From Selaginella moellendorffii (taxonomy: Eukaryota > Plantae > Lycopodiophyta), in the NCBI RefSeq assembly GCF_000143415.4, contig NW_003314395.1, positions 306,658 through 370,657 on the forward strand: 64,000 nt of DNA. Direction: 5' to 3'. A program made the translations under genes and the position numbers. Shown here piece after piece: positions 1-12,249 of the stretch (position 1 is the stretch's first letter; the number at the start of each line of letters is the position of its first letter). The notes beneath the pieces were generated by a model. The model did no database searches. It saw only the letters and a list, made by a program, of their open reading frames with translations, and was not told the DNA's origin.

Positions 1-2520
1 TCGAAGAAGCCGATAGACAAGTCTTGCTGAACAATGATCACGAATCTCGCATGAACTAACATCAATGCTAAAGAAGAAATTATGGTACAACCCACAATAT
101 CTTCCTCAACACATCCATAAGCTAAACTTTATAATGCAAAGCTAATGAAGAGCATATCTACATCAATCCAAAAGCCAAGCACAACAAAGCTATGCTCGAC
201 AAGTGATCACCAAATGATCCTCCATGAATCCATCTATAGCAAGACATAACTCACTTCATAACAAGCACAGAAGAATCATCAATGATCGATATATTCCAAC
301 TCAAACCCAATAAAGATTCAAACTTTTTAATATCGATCACTAACTCTTCCATTTGTAGAGTTAGCATAGTCCATGACTAAATCACTTTTTCAAGGAAAAG
401 CCAAAGCTCAACCTCTACTAAACAATCTTGTCTAGAACACAACTAACTCAACTTGCCACTCAGTTCATTTGAACATCAACATAGTTGCTAACTAGCAAAT
501 GCATAAATGCTAATAACACAAAGCTATAACCAAATCATCAATACTATCTCTATTGAGGGTAATAAAACTCAATATCAATCCTAAGGATAGACATTTCATC
601 TCACTTGAATCTCAACATCAATAATATCAATGACAAGGCATCACTTTAATGCCATCAACACTATAACAAATCTAGAAGAAAGCAAGAGTGAATCACCATT
701 CAAAACTCTCTTGCAACCAAGCTAACCAAAGTTGAAGATACTTAACTCAGTATCCGAGACTAATCCTTCAGCAAAACTCAGTTACAGATAACATTTCCTC
801 AAGGAGTGAATCACCACATCCAAGACTCAATGAAATCCAACACTGCAAACTAAACGTAGCCAAATGATATTAACAAAGGAATTGACATGTCAACATGGAA
901 ACCCATGCAAGCCATGACACGATCCTCCATAACACCATCCGGTAAAGCAAACCCATCACTAATAAATCTTCATTTAGTGAAGCAAGTGTCAACAGTCCTC
1001 GACTAAGTTTACAGGTAATCACTAGTTGCAAAGCAACTAACAATCACTCTTCAACTTGCCTTCACAAGACCTAACACTATACTCATGTCATTGAGTTATA
1101 TACTTGTCCAGCATGAACATAATACCTCAGATACGAGATAAAGGTTCATGGAAAAGCATGAACTAAATGACCACTCAAATCCAACTCAACCGCAATAAGC
1201 TCACCAATGCATTTAGCCAACAGCTCTGAGTATACCTTTTGAAGAGGCTAGCTATGCATGATCAACACTCAATTGAAACTAAAGTGAAAACTATGAGATG
1301 GACTCATATTGGTATACAACCTCCTCATAAACAAAGTTTTAGTATGGGTACCAACATCTCAACTGCAAACAACTAAGTTGGACATCACCATCCTCAGCTA
1401 AGGTGCAAAGCTACCAAGACCAAGTCAAGATCAGTGAGAGCTCACTACTCTCATAGAGTCTAGTGAAATGCAAAGTGCAACCTGCCACCAAGTATAACAC
1501 TATAAAAGAAAGGCACAAGGGTCACCTTTCTAGAAAAACGCAACGGTCACTTTTTTACACCAACTCCAGACTCTATCCAACTCAATTGCTTTAGCCCCAA
1601 AAGTTAGCATCCCTTTCGGGCTGCATCATACAAACTATCTACTAAGATCTAAGCCAACCGAAGTCAACTCCAACCCTTTCACTAGTTTGTATTGGCTTAC
1701 GAAAATGAAATGGTTTTCGAGCAAAGTGACTAATAAATCAGCCATTGGAAAAGTCTAAGAAAATTTGTAGAAAATTTTCCATCCTAGAGAAAGAATGACT
1801 CTCAGTCCAGGAATACAAATTTTCAAGACTCAACCAACTTCCTCCTACTAACAACTTCACATAAGTTCACTTCAACACAAATTCTCATGACCCATAGTAC
1901 GCTTAAGCCTCGAACATCTCTTTTTGCCCATACTTTCGACATCCAACACTGACATTTGCAAAATGCAAAGTGAACATCCAAGACTTAATCACGAAGACTA
2001 TATCTTCGGATATTCTTATTGCACTAACACTCTTCTTCAACCATCTTCAAGATCCAATGTGAAGCCAAACACTAACAAGAAAAATGACATGGAAAATCAA
2101 GCTCTAAGGAAAATTCTTCATCACTCGAATTAACAATGCCACTTCCACTAACACAAATGTTAGCAATGTCAATGTCTCAACTACACATCTTCTCCATCCA
2201 ACAATCTACTCCAAGTATTAATGGATCTACCGATAAGCTATAGCAAATGAATGCTATAATCCTTTTAAATAAAAAATGGGCAAACTTAAGGAACCAAGAA
2301 ACCAACTTAAGCTTAACATAATGGACCACCATTGAGAATCCAGTTAAAGCTACTACAATGCTACTATATGCAAGTAGACTTAGCTTCACTATCAACCACT
2401 TTGGGGTTGATCATCATTTGACCAAGCAACTTCGTAAACACATTGCTCATTATCACATGGATATGACATAAGTATCACAATGATTTGATCATCAATTGAG
2501 TAACACAATGAGCAATGACA
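1..2520 (-). mobile_element. Decayed internal region of a Ty1/copia-type LTR retrotransposon, same family as 42827-50111; runs off the window start
   Basis: Colinear similarity with ~45404-47930 (e.g. AAAGCTATGCTCGACAAGTGATCACCAAA, GATCAGTGAGAGCTCACTACTCTCATAGAGTCTA); no long ORF. Confidence 0.85.
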
Positions 2521-2534
2521 TTGCTTATTGCTCA

Positions 2535-2973
2535 CTGCATCTGGCTTGGGTCTAAGCCCAAGTTCCATTCCATGCTAGCTGGTGGAGTACCCATGTCCTC
2601 ACATTAGGCCACTGGTATGCCGAAATAGCACCAAACTCCATTTGGCTTCGTTTTATGTGTTGGTCCTGGCATTGGGATGCTAGTTACTCTAAGACTGTTC
2701 CAAGCACTCTGGGCTCTTGTCCCTTCGCTCCTTAGGCTTTATGCTTAGGAGTTGCTCTATAGTTCGGTTCTATCACTCCTTGGCTCCATGCTTGGGAGTT
2801 TGGCACTGTTCCTTCATTCAATGGCCCAAGGCCCTGAACCTCGGGTTCCACACCACTATCTTTTGGACACGTGGCATGTGTCATGTGGCATAAAGAGGGT
2901 TTAGGTTCCACTTTGTAGTGTTATCCTACGGTAAATCACCATAGGATAAAGGGTCAAAACCACGTGCGCTACA
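2535..2973 (+). mobile_element. Partial LTR of the same copia family, inverted relative to the adjacent internal sequence
   Basis: Reverse complement of ~42827-43280; ends at the LTR terminus ...AAAACCACGTGCGCTACA (2973). Confidence 0.85.
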
Positions 2974-3419
2974 CTAAGTTAACCTCCCCGGCCAAGAGCC
3001 CATGACAATGGAATATAGGTGTCTCTATACCCCTCACCCCACCACGCCCTAGTATGGGTTGGGACTTGAACCCAGCCTTGCTTTAGTGGGGGGTTGGGAC
3101 TCGAACCCAACCTCTATAGAATATGTCTACGAATTTGACATCCTCATGGGGAGTCGGGCATAGTTCTCTACACCTGGTTGACCTAGCTAACCCATGCTAA
3201 TTAGCTTACCTTCGGCACGCCTTCGGGTCCCAACATATACCATTGCTCAACTTCACAAATTGATACTTTAATTGAACTTTGCATAAGTACATAGAATTCT
3301 GCCTTGCAGAAATTCCTCCACCAGATCTCGCGCGTTTGCTAGGTTCTCCTCCAGTTCCTATGTTGCTTTGCAGTGTGGAAATCCTTTCCACTTCACATGG
3401 AACTCTCTCACCTCACGTC

Positions 3420-5490
3420 CTTGTCACTTGCTCTTACGTGCATTGAGGATGGCCTCGACTTTGTATTCTTCTTCCCCTTGAATAACCTCAGGTAAAGGTC
3501 TTATTTGGTCCTTGCGAAGCGGATCCACAAAGTACAGCTTGAGTAAGTTCACATGGAACACTAGGTGCATCTTCCCCATCTTTCGAGGAAGTCAAAGATA
3601 GTAAGCCACTTTACCGATTCGTGCCTAAATCTTGTAAGGCCCCGTGAACCTACTTAAGGAACTCAAAATCAATTCATTTACAGGAATACATGCATTTTTA
3701 CCTTTGGGTCAACTTTCAGCTGATCCCACTTGGTAACTTGAGGTTCTTGGTGTTCAACCACACCTTCTCCCCAACTTGGAACTCTACATCCCAACGCTTC
3801 TGGTTCGCGTACTTGGTTTGCCTTTGTTGAGCCCATTCCAAGGAATCCCTCACTAGATTCCAAATGTTGAGTCTTTCCGCCGTGAATGCCTCCACTACAG
3901 GTAACTCTCCATGATACTCGGCCACACCAAGTTTCACAGGACCTTCAATAGCTCGCCCATTGACGACCTCCCATGGACTCACTGTGGACTCACTGTGGAC
4001 TCACTGTTACTCGAATGTGGTGAGTTGTTATAACACATTTCTGCAAGTTCCAAATGATTTACCCAATCGGTCTGGTCTCCCGAGACATAGCATCACAAAT
4101 AATCCTCTAGCTGCCTATTCACCCTTTCCGTTTGTCCGTCTGTCAGGAAGTGTTAGTGCCATCAAACTTGACTTAATACCCAATACCTGTCTATGGGTGA
4201 TAGGCTTTGTTGAATTTCAATTTGGTGCGATACTGTTCTAGGAGATTTCTCCAGAACCTACTGGTATCTCAATCTGAGATAATCTCTTCTGGCCTTCCCC
4301 GCACTCGAACCACTTGTTCAAAGAACAGCTTCGCCACACCTTCCGCATCCACTTCTGTTGTGGTGGGTATGAAATGAGCCATCTTCGAAAATGGGTCCAC
4401 CACCACGAATATCGCATCAAACCCCTCACTTGGGGGGAGTCCCGTGATGAAGTCCATCATAACACATTTCCACGGACAATCTGGAATTGGGATGCTTTGT
4501 AACAAGCCCCCACTAGCCTTAGTCACGGCTTTGACCTGCTGACATGTTGGACATGTCTTTACATAGTCTTGGATGTCCTTAGCCATATCTGGCCAGTGGT
4601 ACTTCCTTTTGAGTAAGCCCATTGTTTTGGGCACTCTGCCGTGTCCCACAAGAGATCCGTCATGACACTCTTCTAAGGCTACCTTCTTTAGTTCCCCTTC
4701 TGGAACATACACCCTTGTTTGCTTGTAATAGATGAGTCTATTGCATTCCGCATAGCCCGTTTTCTCTTCCGTTGGCAACTCACTTCTTTGGTGGGCTTCT
4801 CGTGCCTCTAAATTCCATAGCAACACTTCTTGTGCTAGACCATCGTTCTCATATGCTATCCACACATCATCCCAAAAGGTTGTTGTTGCGCTGGATGTCG
4901 CTAATTTTAAGCTCGCTTTTCAACTTAGCGCATCCACCACGATGTTGCTCTTTCTAGGCTTGTACAGAATCTCGCAATCAAACTCAGCTAATGCATTGGC
5001 CCACCAACTCTGTTTCCCTCTCAGGTCGGGCTGTGACAAGAAGTGTTTCATTACCACATTGTCCGTGTAAACCTTGAAGTGTCTCCCAAGGTAGTGTCGC
5101 CACTCCTTGAGCGCCTTGACCACCGCAAACAATTCCTTCTCGTGGGCAGGCCACTTCCGTTGAGCCTTGTCCAACTTCTTTGAGAAGAATGCTACTAGAT
5201 GGTTGTTTTGCTTCAAAACTACACCCAACGCAAAGTTTGAAACATCTGTTTCTACCTCAAAGTCCTTACCAAAATTTGGTAACGCTAACACGAGAGCCTT
5301 CCTCAACTTCCCTTTGAAGTGGACGAATGCCGCCTCGCATTCCACTATCCATACCATCTTCCCTTTTCCCATTTGGTCCGTTAAGAGCAGGGCTACTCTT
5401 GAATAGTGTTTGATAAACTTTCGATAGTAGTTGCATAGCCCTAAGAATGCCCTTAACTCGTGTATATTCAATGGTCGCTCCCAATCAAGC
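3420..5490 (-). mobile_element. Ty3/gypsy (chromovirus-type) pol remnant: RT thumb/RNase H, integrase, GPY/F motif, start of chromodomain; disrupted
   Basis: Motifs ELRAFLGLCNYYRKFI, FEVETDVSNFALG, EKELFAVVKALKEWRHYLG, H..GH..CPTCQ zinc finger, MDFITGLP, SRFTGPYK, MHLVFHVNLLK and EEEYKVEAILNAR, with stops and frameshifts between ORFs. Confidence 0.92.
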
Positions 5491-5928
5491 TCTATTTCGT
5501 TAAAGTGGGAATTGTCATTATCCCACTTGTAAAATAAGGTTTCCAAACCTTTATATAGTATATAAATATAACAAAATTCAACTGCATTGAGGCACATGCC
5601 ATTTTATTTTAAACAAGAAAATGTCTACTCAATCACTTCTCCTCCCCCTGCCACTGCTTCACCTCTCTCTTCTCCTTGTCATCGTTGTCCAATTTCTTTC
5701 CATCCTTTTAATATTGGCTCAGTTGCTCCGAGTCTAGGTAGAGCCCAAGTCCCCATTCAATCTTTACTTTCCCCTTATTAATAAAACAACTTCGTAGACT
5801 TCCAATAACATGCTGTAGCACTTCTAGTATAATGCAAATCCTTTCAAAGAATTGTCTTTTAATATTAATACAATGGCATGGAACCCCATGCCATAATAAG
5901 TTACATTTTTAAATAAATACATGCCATC

Positions 5929-8900
5929 TCAGACTGTTATTTTTTGCCTCCAACGCCTATACAATAATCTTGGAATTTCATCACTCTCCACACTATCAGG
6001 ATTTAAACCCAATAGTAATGCCATCTCTTCTCTAATACGTCCACGCTCATGTTCAGTGGTCGAAGAACCCATCCGGTTGAGCAGATTATAGAGATGCAGA
6101 TAGTGCTTGGCTAGACAATATACATGCCATAAATGATGACTGGTGTCTGTCTGATCAAATGGCTTCTGATATACCGTTCCATCTGCCATTTGGTTGATTT
6201 CTGCAGCCACCTCCTGGACTGGCTGGTTCTCTATCACCATCGCTCCAAGCTGTTTTGCAAGGTCCCCCAGAACATACGGTTTCTTCTCCCTAGTTTCCAT
6301 ACTGCAAGAGATGGGGTGCACTGCATATGTGTGCGTGTTCGCTGCAGTTTTAATCGGCGAGTCATCGATGATGAGAATTTCACTTGACCTAGCAGTCCGG
6401 TTCATCACTACAGCCTCTGGCTTGACGAAGATGGGCTTGCACCCCTCACATGAATCATAGTCAAGCAATCCTCCTGCATTAGGAGAAAGTCAAATGGTAA
6501 TATTACTCACGTCTGATCGTGCATCATCTATAGCAATGTTAATGCATTGTGGCGCATCATGGATGTCCAAACTCCCAATTGCAAATTGAACCCGGCCCTC
6601 TGTTTTAAGTGTCGCATAGTCATTATTAAATCCCGCAGTTTCTCCCGTGTGATTAATGTGAATCTGTCTCTTTTGACCAACTTGCGACCGTAGGCTTTGG
6701 AGGGTGCAGTGACATTCGAGGACGAGCCACGCTCATGGGAGAAAAGGACACCGTTCAGATCAAAAACGATACAGTACTTTCGCCGTGACTCTGAAATGAA
6801 ATGAGTCAGCATAAAAAATGGTACAAGTCAATTTTACCATCTACAATATTAGCGAATGGTGCTCCCAATGGTCGTTCAGAGGGTTTTGGTCGAGGAAACG
6901 TGAAGGGCGGAAATACTCTCCTCTACAATGTGGGGTCAATCGCATCCGATGGCGTGTGGGCACATGCCATTTCAGCTGTAGACTCTGGTACAACTGGCTC
7001 AACAGTGGCATGGGGTGGTTCCGATGGCGTGCGATCACACGCCATTTCAGCTGGTGCCTCCGTTGGCAAAGTGGACATGACCGAACAGGCAGCAGGGGCG
7101 GTGTAGGGAGGTTCCAACGGCGCGTAGTCAGACGATTGGGCACACGTTGAGTCCGTTGGAAATGAGGATACGACCGGCTCGGCGGCTGGGGCGGCCTCAT
7201 GCGGGTCCAATGGCGCCTGGTCACCGTCAGTTGGATATGTGGACAAGATTGACTCAGTGGTATGGGCAGCATCAAGTGGAGCGTGGTCAGCTTGCTTGGC
7301 GTTGATATGGATAGTAGCCTCCACCAGCTCTGATGACTCTTGCAGGCAAGTAGAGTCCACTAGCGGATCCATATGCATGTCCAAATATCTCCCTTCGATT
7401 GAGATGGTATCCTCCCTACTGGCTACTAAAAACAAACTTATTAGCACATTGAATCAACTATACTGTATTTACCATCAACTGCTATTGAGGAACTAGGACC
7501 GATATCACTTGGGCGCACTGCTGATTCTGAAGGATTGGACATACGTTTCAACCCTTGCTTGGCACTATCCTTCCTTGACACTAAAGGCTAGAGTTTGTAT
7601 CTTAATTCAATTGAATAATCTCTACTTACCATTTGCTTTGCAACCTACATGGACAATGTTAAAAATGGTAAAAGGTTAGGAATGGATGTACTATTATTTA
7701 CTTGATGGTTTGTCTTGTATGACCTTCCTCCGCTGCTCTTTGGCCACCTCAGGCTGGCCATCATCGTCATCATCGTCGTCGTCGTTATTGTGATCGTCAC
7801 CATTGTGAGGACCATCCAAGTCCTCTTCGTCCTCCTCTTCTTCGTCCTCCTCTTCTTTGTCCTCCTCTTCGTCCTTTTGCTCTTCCTGTTCATTATCTTT
7901 CTCTGGCTCCTCATCCCCCTCCTGCATTTCTTCCATAGGCTGCTCAGGCTGGATGGCTTGTTCTTCCAGGACCATCTTGGGAAAATCATCTGGCCGAGTC
8001 TCTATCTCAAAATACAAGACATCCATAGCCTGTTTTAGTGCGTGACCTAGGACTGTATCCTCACCCGATTGTCTTAACATGGTTTCTGCACGTTCTTACA
8101 CCCTTCGAAGACGACGAGATGAGAAAAACGTGGCCCTGACTTGAAAAGCATCCCTCATCCATTGTACCTCTCCATTGAGATTGGGGAAGGGGAGTCCGCC
8201 ATAGGAATCTGAGTCAGGAGGTGGTGACCGCGAGGCATTACCTATCATCTTTTCATTGCCCTTCTTCCTTTTCGAATCAAACGCCTCTGATCCCGACGAC
8301 TGTCCAACGTGCTTTCGCTTTTTATGACCACTGTCAGTTTGAGCTTGGTTGGTGCTTGCCTGTTTTGCCTTTGAAGAAGTGTCTCCTGCAAGGAATGGCA
8401 TGAGACCACACACCATTGCAAATATAATTTGTACCTCCTTTTTTCCTATTGCTTGTATGTTTATCCTTCTTCGACGTGCCACCAGTGCGCTTTTCAGTCC
8501 TCGTGTCTGAATATTCACAACGATCTATAATCAAAATGGCGTGAGGCCTCACGTGACCTTACCTTGTGCAGGTTGTGAGCTCGGCCCAACATGGGTATCT
8601 TCAACAGTAGCTGTTAACGCCGTTTCAGCATCTGGGGGTGGCCACGCTCCTGCATACAGAGCTTGTGAGATAACATTTAAACTTAAAGTGCGTACTCACC
8701 AGGTTCGCAGAGAAGATACTGTTTTTCTTTGGCAACTGTAATTATATGCTTCATTGAAGTCACCTCTTCAATAGAGTTTGTCACCGCAACACACGGGACA
8801 CCCTTGAGTAGTGCGGCTCGAAAGAATAGTCTGCCGTAGTTGTACTCGACAACGCATTTGCCCTTGGAGTCGGAAGCAGATGCTATTGCGTTGAAGACCC

Positions 8901-11487
8901 AGCTGAGCATTTCCCATGCTGCACCTGGAGCTTTCTCTGGATTCGAAAGCTCCATAGCCGTCTTCAGTTCCTCAAGCACGGGTAAATTGACCTCCCTCAG
9001 ATCAATTCGATCGGCCTTGTCGAACGGAGCTGGGAAGTCACTCCAGTCCCACTCTGCTGCAGGACCAATAACAAGGGCGAGCGTGAAGATGTAGACATTC
9101 GTCGGTATCTTCTTCTTAGCCATTATCCCATGGATCTCCTGCATCTCCTTGCCTTTCAACCAACCCTTCACCTCGTTTAAGGCTTTCCAGAACTTGTGAT
9201 AGGATTCGGAGTCGTAGATCATATAGTGGACTGAAGATTCCACCTCCGCAAGTCCCACCATTAAGTCAATGATGGAGCTGACTTCATCTGCATGAGTGAT
9301 CTCCTCGTTTGTGAAGTCCATCACACAAAAGATGTTCTTGACCTGCTCATCTCCGCGGGAAACGATGCTCCTCCACCTTTGATCCTCATCCGAATTCACG
9401 TATACCCGGTAAGGTTCTCGATAGGCCTCTGCTGCGGGGTCGAGCTGTTTCTGAAGCCGGCGGTCGACATCCCTCTTAATGAAATTTGGATACTGATCCA
9501 ACTTCTCAGCTTTACTTTTCGTGGCATCCCACAGCAGATCGATGAACTTGGGGGCCCCCTTCACGTAGTCGTCGATGTCTTCATTTGACAACTCCAGCTC
9601 TTCCATCATCTCTTGCGTGGTGTCGATGCTCACCCTCTCCACGGCCACTTGCTCGAAGATCCAATCCTTCAATAGTGCACGAGCTCTCAGAGTCGTGCAC
9701 AAGTCCTCGTATGTCACAATATGGCCGGGAGTCATTTTGGTCTTGTTGAAGACTACCTCACCACGTAGAAGAGCATTAGCCACTGTCAGAAGGTCGTCGT
9801 CGTCTAGAGACCGCGAGAAACGCAAGGCGTTGAACTTCAAATCATTGGGCTTCCGGTCGTCCTCCACACCCATTGAGTTTAGCAACTCCCCGTCATGGTA
9901 CCTCCTCAGCACATCTACCCATTTGTCAAAAACAACTTTTGTCGCGAGTAGAATGTTATGGATGCTGAGTGTGTCATTGACCCCCAGTGTTTTCGAGAGA
10001 AGACTCAAAAATTCCTGCAATGGAAATGGTGTGAAGCCACATGCTATGCCACATGCAACGAAGCTTACCTGCCAGGCGCTAGTTGCTAGTGCACGTCCTT
10101 GTCCTGGTTTTTGTGGCTTCTTCAGTTGAACCCAGAGCTTCCGTGTTTGTGCCAATGTCTCGTGCAGACCTGATTTGTAGCACATTTCTTGCTTGACATT
10201 CTGCGCGTGGGAGATGGATATGATAGATCAGAGGGGCGAGTTGCCTTTTATCAGGCGGACAACTCTTGTCTTGAAGACTTTCTTCACCTCCTCGCCCACC
10301 ATAATATCCACAACTATCTCTTGCATCGCCAAGCTAGAATGCTGCCCGGAGACGGCATAGAACTGGATGTTCTGATCGTCCAACACCTTCCTATTGATCA
10401 AGTCTGGAAACCTCGTCTCACCCTTCATTGTTCGGTAGTAGGGGATCACGTCTGCGATGTCGGGTGTTACTGGACTTGCCAGCATCTTCTGCTTCAGTTT
10501 CTCTACCCACTCATCAGATACTAGCCTGTGGTTGTATTTGCTTTGGATGTCGATACGGCTCACGTCGATTGTATATACTTTGTTGGAATAGTAACAAGTA
10601 CTATTATCTACGACGATTTTTGCTGCCTCTTCTTGCTCTTTCTGCTCTTTGCGGCTCTTCTTTTTGGTGGGTGTAGTGTTCGAACCCGAGGCAATGGCAT
10701 CACCGAGTAGCTTCTTTTTTGGAGCAAGAGAGTCGGACGTTGGCTTGAGCTTGACCACCCTTTTCTGCTTCGGGGTAGTTTCCAGATCGACCCCCTTCCC
10801 CTTCGCTTCGCGAACTGGAGGCACTCTCAACGGCTCAATGTTGGAATATAGTTTTTGAACATCGCCGTAGGTGAGGTCCGTGGATTCCATGTGATCTTCA
10901 TAGACCTGCAGCGTCTTTGAAATTGTGGGCCTCCTGGACAACCTCTCCCTAGCTCCCTCTAGGAATTCCTCATAGCCGCTGCCCCCCTCTAGGAAGCCGC
11001 TAGGATGTGCAAGGTGGATTTTGAAGGCGGACGCTGTCTCTACCACAAGTGCCAGTCCATATTCTTGCATGGAACTGCATGGAGTGTCTGTCACTTGGAT
11101 GAGGATCCCCATGCATTCTTTTCTCCCACCATCTGTGTTGTACAGCCTCAGATCCTCGCCTTCCATCCCGAAAGTCCAACTGGTGAGCTCCTCCCCCTTC
11201 TCTGCATCCACATTGACAGTGGCTGGAAGAAGAATGCAATTCCTCGCCTGTTCAGAAATGCACAACAATTAGAGCTGACAGATGAAAAGCTAGTAGCTGG
11301 AAATAACGTGAGGCCACACGCCATTCACCACTGCATCAGATGTCTTGAGGCTGCATCCTAAGATGGCGTGAGGCTACACGCCATCTGTAACCGGACTGCA
11401 CTCGAGAGCCCAATCGGTGCATGCCAATGTTGCTACTGAATGGCATGTGGCCTCATGCCATTTTCTACTTGGCCTAAAAGACTTACC
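5929..11487 (-). pseudogene. Large multi-exon gene: ParB/Srx-like, MTase-fold-like, acidic/Pro-rich linker and FCP1/NIF HAD-like domains; several nonsense codons; 5' end uncertain
   Basis: ORFs 10228-11268, 8683-10185, 8096-8518, 7694-8080, 6923-7447 and 6528-6812 join in frame across short GT-AG introns and single stops (10228, 8096, 6923, 6528); a further stop and a frameshift lead into 5929-6468. Motifs NHRLVSDEWVEKLK..FYAVSGQHS, YCIVFDLNGVL, LGVWTSM, IIDDSPIK. Confidence 0.75.
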
Positions 11488-11717
11488 ATTTGAAGCCGAA
11501 TGGAGGCGTGACAATCGAGGCCGGACTCGCTGGCGAATGTGCACTGTGTGTGCAGCGGATCGTAGCAGCAAGGCTACTCTGCCACTTAACAGTTGGAGAG
11601 TGGCGCTAAAATCTCCCGGGACGCCAAGTGGGCTGCGTGTGGGTGGCGGAGTGGGCGGCGGAGTTGGCAGCGAAGTTACAAACTAGGTGTGTCTTGAAGT
11701 GGACGCCAATGCACACG

Positions 11718-11908
11718 AGCGTGATGCGAGCGCGAGTGTGATGCAAGCGCGAGTGGACGCCGATGCACACGAGAAACCTGTAGAGAAGGTAGATGAGCGC
11801 GAATGTGAGCATGATTGCGAGTGGGAGCGTGATGCGAGCGCGAGTGTGATGTGAGCGCGAGTGTGATGCGAGCGCGAGCGCGAGTGTGATGCGAGCGCGA
11901 GCGCGAGT
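11718..11908. repeat. CpG-rich tandem repeat, unit ~GCGAGCGCGAGTGTGAT
   Basis: Several imperfect 17-nt copies read directly. Confidence 0.85.
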
Positions 11909-12249
11909 ACGAAGCAAAATGCAAAACCTAACCTCACACGCGCAAAATGTCACAACAGTTGGTAATCCCGCCACGTCATCATTCCTCGGACTTGGGCACC
12001 ACCATTAATTTCTGGATTGCCGCGCGCATGCAAGCACGCAAAATCCAAAAGAAATCCACAACGTCATCATTCTTCGGACTGCATGCACGCGAAATCCAAA
12101 AGAAAGATCATGATTGGGATATCATTTAATACCCTGGCTCTATTTATACCATGCATGATTGGATATTCCAAAGCATCTTGTATTTCCAAAAATGGCAGAT
12201 GTTCAGCTAAATAAAGAAATTCTATCTGTTTCTATTTTTCTCTCAAATC

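Noticed and set aside
4920-5597. N-terminal ~35 aa of this ORF as part of pol
   Set aside because: Pol similarity starts near DWERP (~5490); the upstream part is read-through from the adjacent block.
7715-8038. Very hydrophobic plus-strand ORF
   Set aside because: Antisense shadow of the Asp/Glu-rich exon.
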